From: a virus
Taxonomy: Duplodnaviria; Caudoviricetes
Length of the DNA stretch: 64,000 bases
IMG/VR virus record: IMGVR_UViG_3300006133_000005
Location: 1 to 64,000 of that record
Direction: 5' to 3' (one strand)
Positions 1 through 7,537 of this stretch are shown here, in pieces (within the stretch, counting starts at the first letter, position 1; the number at the start of each line of letters is the position of its first letter). Below the pieces are notes generated by a model. The model was not told where the DNA came from. It was given only the letters and a program-made list of their open reading frames with translations, and did not search any database. The translations under genes were made by a program, and so were the position numbers.

Positions 1-77
1 GTGTAACAGGTCTCACAGCACGTCAGGGACGTGTAACAGGTCTCACAGCACGTCAGGGACGTGTAACAGGTCTCACA
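1..77. repeat. 30-bp perfect tandem repeat, about 2.6 copies, truncated by the window start
   Basis: gtgtaacaggtctcacagcacgtcagggac at 1-30 and 31-60, partial copy at 61-77; no spacers. Confidence 0.95.
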
Positions 78-330
78 AGACCAACTGATAGACCAAAAAC
101 AATCCTTATGTTATTGTAGTTAAAGATGACCTCATTACTGAACCCACATGGACTATGTTTTAATGAGTTCAAGTCCATAGTTCCTTAAGTAGTGTTAGTG
201 ATTCAAGCCACTCCGCCAACCTGACCTAATAAGTAGTCATTTCAGTCACCAGTCCACTTACCTAAGGACTGCCGAGCCTGATTTGTAAAAAAGAAAATTT
301 TCATTTTTCATAAAAATTTGTTGAAAAGGC

Positions 331-359
331 TTGACAAATGTCGAAAAGTGTGATATAAT
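331..359 (+). promoter_or_regulatory. Consensus sigma-A promoter with extended -10
   Basis: TTGACA 331-336, 17-bp spacer, TG-n-TATAAT 354-359; AT-rich upstream; RBS AAAGGAGGTG at 370-379. Confidence 0.9.
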
Positions 360-386
360 AGTAGTATAGAAAGGAGGTGGAAAATA

Positions 387-560
387 ATGAATGACAGCAT
401 TAAAAAGTTGATTTGTTGGTTGTGTGGTTTCAATACAAACAATAATTTTTACAATATCATTACTGTAAAAATTAAAGTAAAGAAAAACACAAGACACAAA
501 ATGTCTGAGATACTTAGTGCAGTTGAAAAAGAGCTAAAAGAACTCGGCATATTTGACTAA
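387..560 (+). CDS. 57-aa hypothetical protein, below the ORF-track cutoff; the only credible plus-strand gene
   Basis: MNDSIKKLICWLCGFNTNNNFYNIITVKIKVKKNTRHKMSEILSAVEKELKELGIFD; consensus promoter, strong RBS and downstream hairpin. Confidence 0.8.
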   Translation: MNDSIKKLICWLCGFNTNNNFYNIITVKIKVKKNTRHKMSEILSAVEKELKELGIFD

Positions 561-571
561 TACAACAAGCG

Positions 572-600
572 GAGAGTGCGGACAAGCACTCTCTGTCTTT
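572..600 (+). terminator. Intrinsic terminator
   Basis: gagagtgc-ggacaa-gcactctc stem followed by tgtcttt. Confidence 0.6.
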
Positions 601-631
601 CGCCTACCCAATGTCCTTTAATCACATAAAT

Positions 632-674
632 AAGAAAAGACCCAATTGGAATAACTCCTTTCGGGTCTTTTCTT
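632..674. terminator. Probable bidirectional terminator between convergent units
   Basis: aagaaaagaccc (632-643) / gggtcttttctt (663-674) inverted repeat with A and T tracts on its flanks. Confidence 0.65.
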
Positions 675-678
675 TATA

Positions 679-1122
679 TTATCTGTGTGTCAGACAGTAT
701 TTTGGTTTTCTCACCGTCATTGGTTTAGGACTATTCTCCACTGGTGGTTCAGTCACTACAGCAAGTCTTTTCTTGGTCCTCGCAGACTTAAAGGACTTAA
801 ATATAGGAGAGTTACTCCTTGTCTCTTCAAGTGCTTTAGTCACAGTGGACTTAATTGCATTAGACCACAGTGGTGCAAGCTCATTATAGTCCTTTTCATA
901 CTGTGCATAAATAGTTTCATTCACACGTCCCTTGTCTTCCATTTTTGACAGTGCAGTGTTAAGTCCTTTGACTGTCTTATACTTCTTTGTAAGTCTTACC
1001 ACTGTATTTAACAGTGCTTGTACATCATCACAAGCACCTAAACAGTAGTGCGTGGAAGTGGTATGAAGTCTGTACCAGTCCTCTCTTACTTGTACTATAT
1101 AAAAAGCGTTAATCATGTCCAT
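679..1122 (-). CDS. Hypothetical protein, 147 aa
   Basis: ORF with GGAGG RBS; basic C-terminus. Confidence 0.75.
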   Translation of the reverse strand: MDMINAFYIVQVREDWYRLHTTSTHYCLGACDDVQALLNTVVRLTKKYKTVKGLNTALSKMEDKGRVNETIYAQYEKDYNELAPLWSNAIKSTVTKALEETRSNSPIFKSFKSARTKKRLAVVTEPPVENSPKPMTVRKPKYCLTHR

Positions 1123-1127
1123 AGTCT

Positions 1128-1319
1128 TTAGTCCTCCCTATAGTCTTTCAATACACCATAAAGGTCGTCGGCATAATATAATCCTGTGAATACATTAAAG
1201 ATAGCAGTACAGTATACTCCCTCTTTAGTCTTTACTACATAGTCATTTTCTCTCTTCTTTATTAAGGTCACGTCCTCTTGTGTATTAGTGGAGTGTACCT
1301 GTGCTTTAACAGTAGTCAT
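1128..1319 (-). CDS. Hypothetical protein, 63 aa
   Basis: ORF with GGAGG RBS, directly downstream of a promoter. Confidence 0.7.
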   Translation of the reverse strand: MTTVKAQVHSTNTQEDVTLIKKRENDYVVKTKEGVYCTAIFNVFTGLYYADDLYGVLKDYRED

Positions 1320-1380
1320 TTTTAAGTCCTCCTAAGTCTTTATCACTGTTCAGTGCAGTAGTTCTCTTTACTACTCTTAT

Positions 1381-1409
1381 ATTATATCACACTTAAACAC
1401 TTTCCGCAA
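1381..1409 (-). promoter_or_regulatory. Sigma-A-type promoter
   Basis: TTGCGG-17bp-TATAAT with TG extension on the minus strand. Confidence 0.7.
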
Positions 1410-2190
1410 ATACTTGGTCTGTAGTGGCACACCACAGTGGTGTGAGGTGATGCAAGTCTTTAAGTGTTTTACTCCAGAGGTATATAAGAGTATAGTATAA
1501 AGGGACTACTAAAACACAGTCCCTTGTAAACACTCAGTGGTCCCTAATCACTGTTTACAACAGTGATTGTAGTCCTTTGGACTAAGTGCCGGTATATAAA
1601 GAGTATAATATATATATAAAGGGGAGTATAAATGAAGTATAAAGAATAGAATATAATATTCCTACCACAGTGAATAAAAGACTGTTAAAATGACCGTGAA
1701 CACTGTTGTGGACAGTGGCGAAAGTCCTTTGAGTGTAAAAGCGGTATAAGAAACCTATATATATATATAAAGAAAGTATAGAGTATAATCCTTATATCAC
1801 TAAAACACCACTAATGTCACTACTATCTCTCTCTTTTAGTCCTGTCTTATACCCTTACCACTGTGGACTAAATAGTCTTTTTATTACCCTCAACCACTGT
1901 AAACGGTCCTCCCAGTCCTTTATGACCTCTCCAATATTGTATAAACCCTCCTCTGGTTCACTGACTGTCAGTGACAGTAAGACAAGTGGTTATTATAATA
2001 GTGGTTTATACCCTTTCTATACTTCTTTCTTTATATATATATTCTTTATCTATTATAATACTCTAATGCTAATACTCTAAACTCTTCTCCGGCTCTTCCC
2101 TCAATTTATAACTATTACTAAATCTTCTTCCCGGCTTTTCGGTAAAATTAAGGACTACCACAGTGTTGTTAATACTATGATAGTCCTATT
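1410..2190. other. About 780-bp non-coding region with clustered hairpins and repeats; candidate origin or structured element
   Basis: Short palindromes with CACTG/CAGTG and GGACT/AGTCC cores, GGTATA repeats, (TA)n tracts, purine-to-pyrimidine skew switch near 1795. Confidence 0.5.
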
Positions 2191-2192
2191 AT

Positions 2193-2882
2193 TTATTCTA
2201 TTACAGGTACAGGCTTGAAGTCCCTTAATAAGCTATCAAACAATTCCTCTATACTAAGTACAATAAAGGACCCGGAACTGTTTTTACTAACTTTTCCGTC
2301 TTTTTTAAGAGGGTGGAACTTTACTGAGTCACTCATATACTTTGCATTTGATACAACTACAATCTTACCAACGATACCGTCTGAATTTCTCTGGCATAAC
2401 TTATCTAAGTTATTGATTTTCAAGAAGTCCTCAATAAGTCGTTCTTTTTCTATAAGAAAGTTTCTATCCGCTTTATCAGCTAATAACTTAAGTTCATTAA
2501 GGTCATGTATTTTCTTATTTAAATCCCTCATCACTACATTGCCCCTTTTAAATCGCAATTCAATAAGCCAGTTTCTTAACTGTTCACGCTCTATTTTACA
2601 CTCCCCACAACCACAATCAAGGTTGGGGTCATTTAGTGTATCAAGGTGTTCTATTGCTTCTGTAAGCTCCTTATTGTCACTTTTGTCAAGTGAAATTATA
2701 TCAAGATAATCTACCATCCATTCTTCAATATTATCAAGGTCATAAGAACCGTGTCCTACGTTCCATGTGTTGTTAGTTATATCATAGTAAATAAGCTCAT
2801 AATAAGCTCTCTCGGTATTACCACTAATAATTATTTGTGGGTTGATAGCCTTAATTTTTGTGGTATTCAGACATTCTCCCAT
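2193..2882 (-). CDS. Hypothetical protein, 229 aa
   Basis: ORF with GGAGG RBS; contains LxEAIxH...CxxC...QLxxWLxEL motif. Confidence 0.8.
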   Translation of the reverse strand: MGECLNTTKIKAINPQIIISGNTERAYYELIYYDITNNTWNVGHGSYDLDNIEEWMVDYLDIISLDKSDNKELTEAIEHLDTLNDPNLDCGCGECKIEREQLRNWLIELRFKRGNVVMRDLNKKIHDLNELKLLADKADRNFLIEKERLIEDFLKINNLDKLCQRNSDGIVGKIVVVSNAKYMSDSVKFHPLKKDGKVSKNSSGSFIVLSIEELFDSLLRDFKPVPVIE

Positions 2883-3111
2883 TTATTTCCTCCTCAAACT
2901 TAAATTTAAATTTTAAATTCTTCATTCCATAGTATTCAGCACACTCTTTACATACATGGTACTTACTATGCACCACTTTCCAACCTTTTTGCTTACAAAT
3001 ATGTTTCTCAAAGAATAATCTACTTGCACAATCATGCATTCTTACTCCACTTGATATTAAGGTAGTACCGCATACATCACATTTAAGTCTGGTAGTACAA
3101 CTAAACGACAT
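2851..3111 (-). CDS. Small Cys-rich, zinc-ribbon-like protein
   Basis: CDVCG ... CKEC motifs. Confidence 0.65.
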   Translation of the reverse strand: MSFSCTTRLKCDVCGTTLISSGVRMHDCASRLFFEKHICKQKGWKVVHSKYHVCKECAEYYGMKNLKFKFKFEEEINGRMSEYHKN

Positions 3112-3148
3112 ACTCTTTCACCTGCTCTATATACTTTTTTATACATAA

Positions 3149-3661
3149 TTAAACACCTTTCAATACTGCTTTTTCTTTTCTAAGACTTTCTTGACAGTCT
3201 AAATACCTTTGATTTAATGAACCTCGATATTTTAATTCATAGCTCTTAAGCTTTTCTACAAACTCTCCGTCTATTAAAATATCTGTTACTTTTAAAAGGT
3301 CTAACCACTCAGGTCTTTCACTGTAAGCGCCTCTTAAAAGCTCTTCAAAGGTGTAACCTGTATAGGTTACTATATTTAAGTCTCTTTCTAAAGACTTAAC
3401 CAACTCTGCAAACTTTGTCAGTGCAGTTGCTTGCTCAAAAGGCTCACCTCCACTGAATGTAATTCCGTCAAGTAGTGTGTTACTCTTTATGTCACTTAAC
3501 AACTCTTTAAAATCAACTTCTTTACCTCCGCTGAGAGAATGTGTTTGAGGGTTATGACAACCTTTACAGTGATGAGGACAACCCTGTACAAATACTGTAT
3601 ACCTAAGACCCTCTCCGTCAACAATAGAATCATTTACTACTCCGGCTATTCTTAATTTCAT
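3149..3661 (-). CDS. nrdG: Anaerobic ribonucleotide reductase activating protein
   Basis: DGEGLRYTVFVQGCPHHCKGCHNP (CxxxCxxC), FSGGEP, RGSLNQR; adjacent to nrdD. Confidence 0.97.
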   Translation of the reverse strand: MKLRIAGVVNDSIVDGEGLRYTVFVQGCPHHCKGCHNPQTHSLSGGKEVDFKELLSDIKSNTLLDGITFSGGEPFEQATALTKFAELVKSLERDLNIVTYTGYTFEELLRGAYSERPEWLDLLKVTDILIDGEFVEKLKSYELKYRGSLNQRYLDCQESLRKEKAVLKGV

Positions 3662-3683
3662 AGGGTTTCACCTTTCTTAAAAT

Positions 3684-3711
3684 AAGCTCCACATGAAATA
3701 CTGTGGAGCTT
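3684..3711 (-). terminator. Hairpin between nrdD and nrdG
   Basis: aagctccaca / tgtggagctt 10-bp stem. Confidence 0.5.
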
Positions 3712-3720
3712 AAGTAATTA

Positions 3721-6054
3721 TTAGTTCTTATTTCTTACATTATGTTTTACTCTGTCTCTCTCCTCAGCTCTTTTAGCGTTGTTAAATCTGTCAAGAGTTC
3801 CTACGAGATAACCTGTAATACGTCTGATACGCTCAAAAGGTCTGTCATTCTCTTCTCTACCACATTTAGGACAAGTATCACCAATTATACCTGTGAACCC
3901 ACATTCGGGGTCACGGTCAACAGGGTGGTTGATAGAACCATAACCAATACCACTTTCTTTCATACATCTTATAATCTTTTCAAATGCAGGAAGATTTTCA
4001 AGTGGGTCACCGTCAAGCTCTATATAACTTATGTGTCCACCGTTTGTAAGCTCATGGTAAGGCGCTTCGATTTTTATTTTATCCAAAGCATTGATATTGT
4101 AATAAACAGGAACATGGAAAGAGTTAGTATAGTAGTCCCTATCTGTTACTTCTTCAATAACTCCATATTTTTCTCTGTCTATCTTTACAAAACGTCCAGA
4201 AAGTCCCTCGGCAGGTGTAGCAATAAGAGAATAGTTAAGACCTGTCTTTTCACTTTCAAGGTCAACCCTCTTTCTCATATAAGAGACTATTTCGAGTCCC
4301 AGCTTTCTTGCTTCTTCACTCTCTCCGTGATGCTTTCCGATAAGGGATTTAAGCGTTTCTGCAAGACCAATAAATCCAACAGCAAGAGTACCATGTTTTA
4401 ACACTTCTTCTACTGTATCATCAATTGAGAGCTTATCAGAATCAATCCATACACCCTGTCCCATAAGGAAAGGATAATTTCTCACTTTCTTACAGCACTG
4501 AATTTTAAACCTCTCATTCAACTGGTCAATAGTAAGGTCGAGCATATCCTTTAGCATTTCAAAGAACTTATTTATGTCGTGCTCAGCCTTTATAGCAAGA
4601 CGAGGTAAATTGATTGAAGTAAAGCTCAAATTACCTCTACTGTACGCTATTTCTCTCGTAGAGTCATAATTATTACCTAAAACTCTTGTACGACAACCCA
4701 TATATGCTACTTCTGTTTCTGGGTATCCCTTTTTATAGTATTGCAAGTTAAAAGGGGCATCAATGAATGAGAAGTTGGGGAATAACCTCTTAGCTGATAC
4801 CCTCATAGCTAACTTAAACAAGTCATAGTTTGGGTCTGTTGGGTTATAGCTAACTCCCTCTTTAACTTTAAATATGTGAATAGGGAATATAGGTGTTTCA
4901 CCATTTCCCAGTCCTGCTTCAAGAGCGTAAAGAAGATTTTTAATTACAAGTCTTCCTTCTGGTGAGGTATCAGTTCCATAGTTTATGGAGCTAAACGGGA
5001 CTTGTGCTCCTGCTCTGCTGTGCATGGTGTTGAGATTATGAACAAAAGCTTCCATAGCTTGATATGTAGCTCTTTCAGTCTCTAACAAAGCACTATCCAC
5101 TGCAAATTTCTGTACCTTGTCACACACACATAAAGAGTATGATTTATGAAGTTCAGCAAGTTCATGAATCCTGTAGTCATTATCGTCTGAAATTACAGGC
5201 TTAACACCCTTTGTGTCATACACACATTTAGAAATATTTTTTGCTAAATCAAAGGCATCCTTGTAGCTTAAATCTTCAACAATAAGAGAAAGACCTTTTG
5301 CTAAGTTCTCTACATACTTTTTTTCATAAGTCTTTCTTACTCCCTCTGACATAGCATAGTCAAAGTTAGGAACACTTTGACCTCCGTGTTGGTCATTCTG
5401 ATTAGACTGAATGGCAATACACGCAAGAGCCGAATAACTGGAGATGTCATTAGGTTCTCTCAAATGTCCATGACCTGTAGAGAAACCACCTTTAAAAAGA
5501 CGGACTAAATCAATCTGACAACAAGTAGTTGTAAGAGTGTAAAAATCCAAGTCATGTATATGAATGTCTCCGTCAGAATGAGCCTTAGAATGCTCTTTCT
5601 TAAGAATGTTCATAAGATAAAACGCTTTAGCAGAGGAAGAACCATACTTAAGCATAGTTCCCATTGCTGTATCTCCGTCAATATTAGCGTTCTCTCGCTT
5701 TGTATCACTGTCCTTTGCGGAGCTGTATGTAAGCTCACCTAAGACTTTCATAATATTTGTTTTACTGTCACGAATATTAGTCCTGTCATTTCGGTATAAA
5801 ATGTAAGCTTTAGCAGTTGTAGTGTGACCTCGTTCAATGAGTACTTTCTCAACAACATCCTGAATCTCTTCAACTGTGGGTATCTCATCTTTGTGATACT
5901 TCTCATAAAGTCTTACTACCTCATTTGCTACTTTCTCGGCTTCATTCTTATCTGTACCTCCGACAGAACGAGCGGCTTTAAAAACAGCTACTGTAATTCT
6001 GCTGACATCAAAAGGGACGACACGTCCGTCACGCTTTATAATACTTGTTATCAT
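3721..6054 (-). CDS. nrdD: Class III anaerobic ribonucleoside-triphosphate reductase with N-terminal ATP cone
   Basis: IIKRDGRVVPFD ATP cone, TTCCQID, YMGCRT, RIRRITGYL glycyl-radical motif. Confidence 0.98.
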   Translation of the reverse strand: MITSIIKRDGRVVPFDVSRITVAVFKAARSVGGTDKNEAEKVANEVVRLYEKYHKDEIPTVEEIQDVVEKVLIERGHTTTAKAYILYRNDRTNIRDSKTNIMKVLGELTYSSAKDSDTKRENANIDGDTAMGTMLKYGSSSAKAFYLMNILKKEHSKAHSDGDIHIHDLDFYTLTTTCCQIDLVRLFKGGFSTGHGHLREPNDISSYSALACIAIQSNQNDQHGGQSVPNFDYAMSEGVRKTYEKKYVENLAKGLSLIVEDLSYKDAFDLAKNISKCVYDTKGVKPVISDDNDYRIHELAELHKSYSLCVCDKVQKFAVDSALLETERATYQAMEAFVHNLNTMHSRAGAQVPFSSINYGTDTSPEGRLVIKNLLYALEAGLGNGETPIFPIHIFKVKEGVSYNPTDPNYDLFKLAMRVSAKRLFPNFSFIDAPFNLQYYKKGYPETEVAYMGCRTRVLGNNYDSTREIAYSRGNLSFTSINLPRLAIKAEHDINKFFEMLKDMLDLTIDQLNERFKIQCCKKVRNYPFLMGQGVWIDSDKLSIDDTVEEVLKHGTLAVGFIGLAETLKSLIGKHHGESEEARKLGLEIVSYMRKRVDLESEKTGLNYSLIATPAEGLSGRFVKIDREKYGVIEEVTDRDYYTNSFHVPVYYNINALDKIKIEAPYHELTNGGHISYIELDGDPLENLPAFEKIIRCMKESGIGYGSINHPVDRDPECGFTGIIGDTCPKCGREENDRPFERIRRITGYLVGTLDRFNNAKRAEERDRVKHNVRNKN

Positions 6055-6084
6055 AATAATCGGTTCTCCTCTCTATAAGTGAGT

Positions 6085-6321
6085 TTAAGTATTCTGCATA
6101 TCTTCTGTCTCTATAGGTACTTTTATATCACTTCTGTCAACAGCATAAATAGCAGAAACTTCCGAAACATTGAAGTATATAGGAATTCCCTTAGTCTGGT
6201 CTAAACCCTCTATTTGGTAACCAGAAAGACTTCCGTCTGAGTTGTTTACCTGTGTTTTAATTGACTCACAATTAAATCGAATTACGGCTCCACTCTTCAT
6301 AAACACTTTTACATTTATCAT
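6085..6321 (-). CDS. Hypothetical protein, 78 aa
   Basis: ORF with GGAGG RBS. Confidence 0.7.
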   Translation of the reverse strand: MINVKVFMKSGAVIRFNCESIKTQVNNSDGSLSGYQIEGLDQTKGIPIYFNVSEVSAIYAVDRSDIKVPIETEDMQNT

Positions 6322-6336
6322 ATTAACTACCTCCCG

Positions 6337-6606
6337 TTACGTTAAAAGCTTGTATACAAGTTTAAGTTGTCTTAGCCAGTTTGCAACATTTAACAGGTTT
6401 TCTCTGCTAATTTGAATGTCCTCAGGATTAAACCTTTCATTATAAGAATTCTCAAAGTATTTTATGGCTTCGTCCAAAGTCATTAGCGTTGAACTTTGTG
6501 TCTGTTCCAGTGTCTTTTTAAGACGACAATTTTCACGTGTTAAATGGTCAATTTTACTTTCAAGTTTAAAACATTTCTCTGTAAGACATTTCTCTGTGTT
6601 ATTCAC
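6337..6606 (-). CDS. Hypothetical protein, 89 aa
   Basis: GTG start with GAGGTG RBS; MTLDEAI...NWLRQL motif. Confidence 0.65.
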   Translation of the reverse strand: MNNTEKCLTEKCFKLESKIDHLTRENCRLKKTLEQTQSSTLMTLDEAIKYFENSYNERFNPEDIQISRENLLNVANWLRQLKLVYKLLT

Positions 6607-6619
6607 TCAAAATCACCTC

Positions 6620-6874
6620 ATTCCAAAGTACTTATTTTTTTTGAGATAATGTCCCGATTGCTATTAGTTACAGCTCTAATATTTGATTCCTACACCACAT
6701 AAATAAACAAGTGGAATAGGAGAACAGTTAAATTCAAATCTGTTTGTGACAGTGCTTGCGCACAAAGCCACCTATTTTATTTTCAGAATAAAACACAGAG
6801 GTTTCGCCACAATGGCTACATTGTACAACAATAAATTCTTTGTATGTATCAGGAATAGACTTTTTAGACGGCAT
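6620..6874 (-). pseudogene. Short zinc-ribbon ORF (6734-6874, 46 aa), possibly a frameshifted remnant extending toward 6620
   Basis: RBS AAAGAGG then MPSKKSIP...CSHCG...RKHCHKQI*; a further CG-containing segment follows in another frame. Confidence 0.35.
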
Positions 6875-6923
6875 AGTGTTTTACCTCTTTAACTGTTATT
6901 CACTCAAATTAGAGTGTACAAGC

Positions 6924-6952
6924 ATTATAGCATAGTAAACTTACTTTGTCAA
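6924..6952 (-). promoter_or_regulatory. Consensus sigma-A promoter
   Basis: TTGACA-17bp-TATAAT with TG extension. Confidence 0.9.
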
Positions 6953-6964
6953 AAATCCAAACCA

Positions 6965-7055
6965 ATGTAATTTATTATCTGCATAATTTATAATATATAT
7001 ATAATATAACTATATTTATTTTATAATATTCCCTAAAGGGAATATAGCCTATGGC
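6965..7055. repeat. AT-rich element with CCC-nn-AGGG hairpin, copy 1
   Basis: tataatatatata tract plus atattccct-aa-agggaatat; resembles 36880-36945. Confidence 0.55.
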
Positions 7056-7466
7056 TTAAAACTTCAAATAAATATCTGGTAAAAATTCCTGCTCAATAAA
7101 ATTTTCAAGCATAACTAAATGCTGATTTAATTGTTCCTCTGGGTTTAACTCCTCTAAGGTCAATACAGACTTTTGCTGACTACCCTCTCTCCAATTAATG
7201 GTTATTACTTTGTTGTTTGAATAGCACCAAGATACTTTGCTTGAGGTTTTTTGTGTAAACTTGTACTCACAGTCATTTACAACCACTGATACAGGAAACA
7301 CCTTTATTCTACTCACAGAGAAGTATTGTTTGTCACCTCTATAATTGACTTTCTCAACACCTCTCAGAACAAGTTGATAACTAAATGTACAGTCATTGAT
7401 GTTCAAAACACTTTTAGAGCTTATATAAGGCACTTCCCACAATGTATGTGTAGTTTGTGTGTTCAT
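7056..7466 (-). CDS. Hypothetical protein, 136 aa
   Basis: ORF with AGGAGGT RBS. Confidence 0.75.
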   Translation of the reverse strand: MNTQTTHTLWEVPYISSKSVLNINDCTFSYQLVLRGVEKVNYRGDKQYFSVSRIKVFPVSVVVNDCEYKFTQKTSSKVSWCYSNNKVITINWREGSQQKSVLTLEELNPEEQLNQHLVMLENFIEQEFLPDIYLKF

Positions 7467-7537
7467 ACTACTACCTCCTGCTTAAAACGTGTTCCCAGTG
7501 TGCTAAGCGTTTGCATAAAGTTAGTAATATAGGTAAT

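Noticed and set aside
1-77. CRISPR array
   Set aside because: The repeats are directly adjacent with no spacers.
55-178. 41-aa minus-strand ORF ending in the tandem repeat
   Set aside because: Weak RBS, no motif and no clear promoter; cannot be supported.
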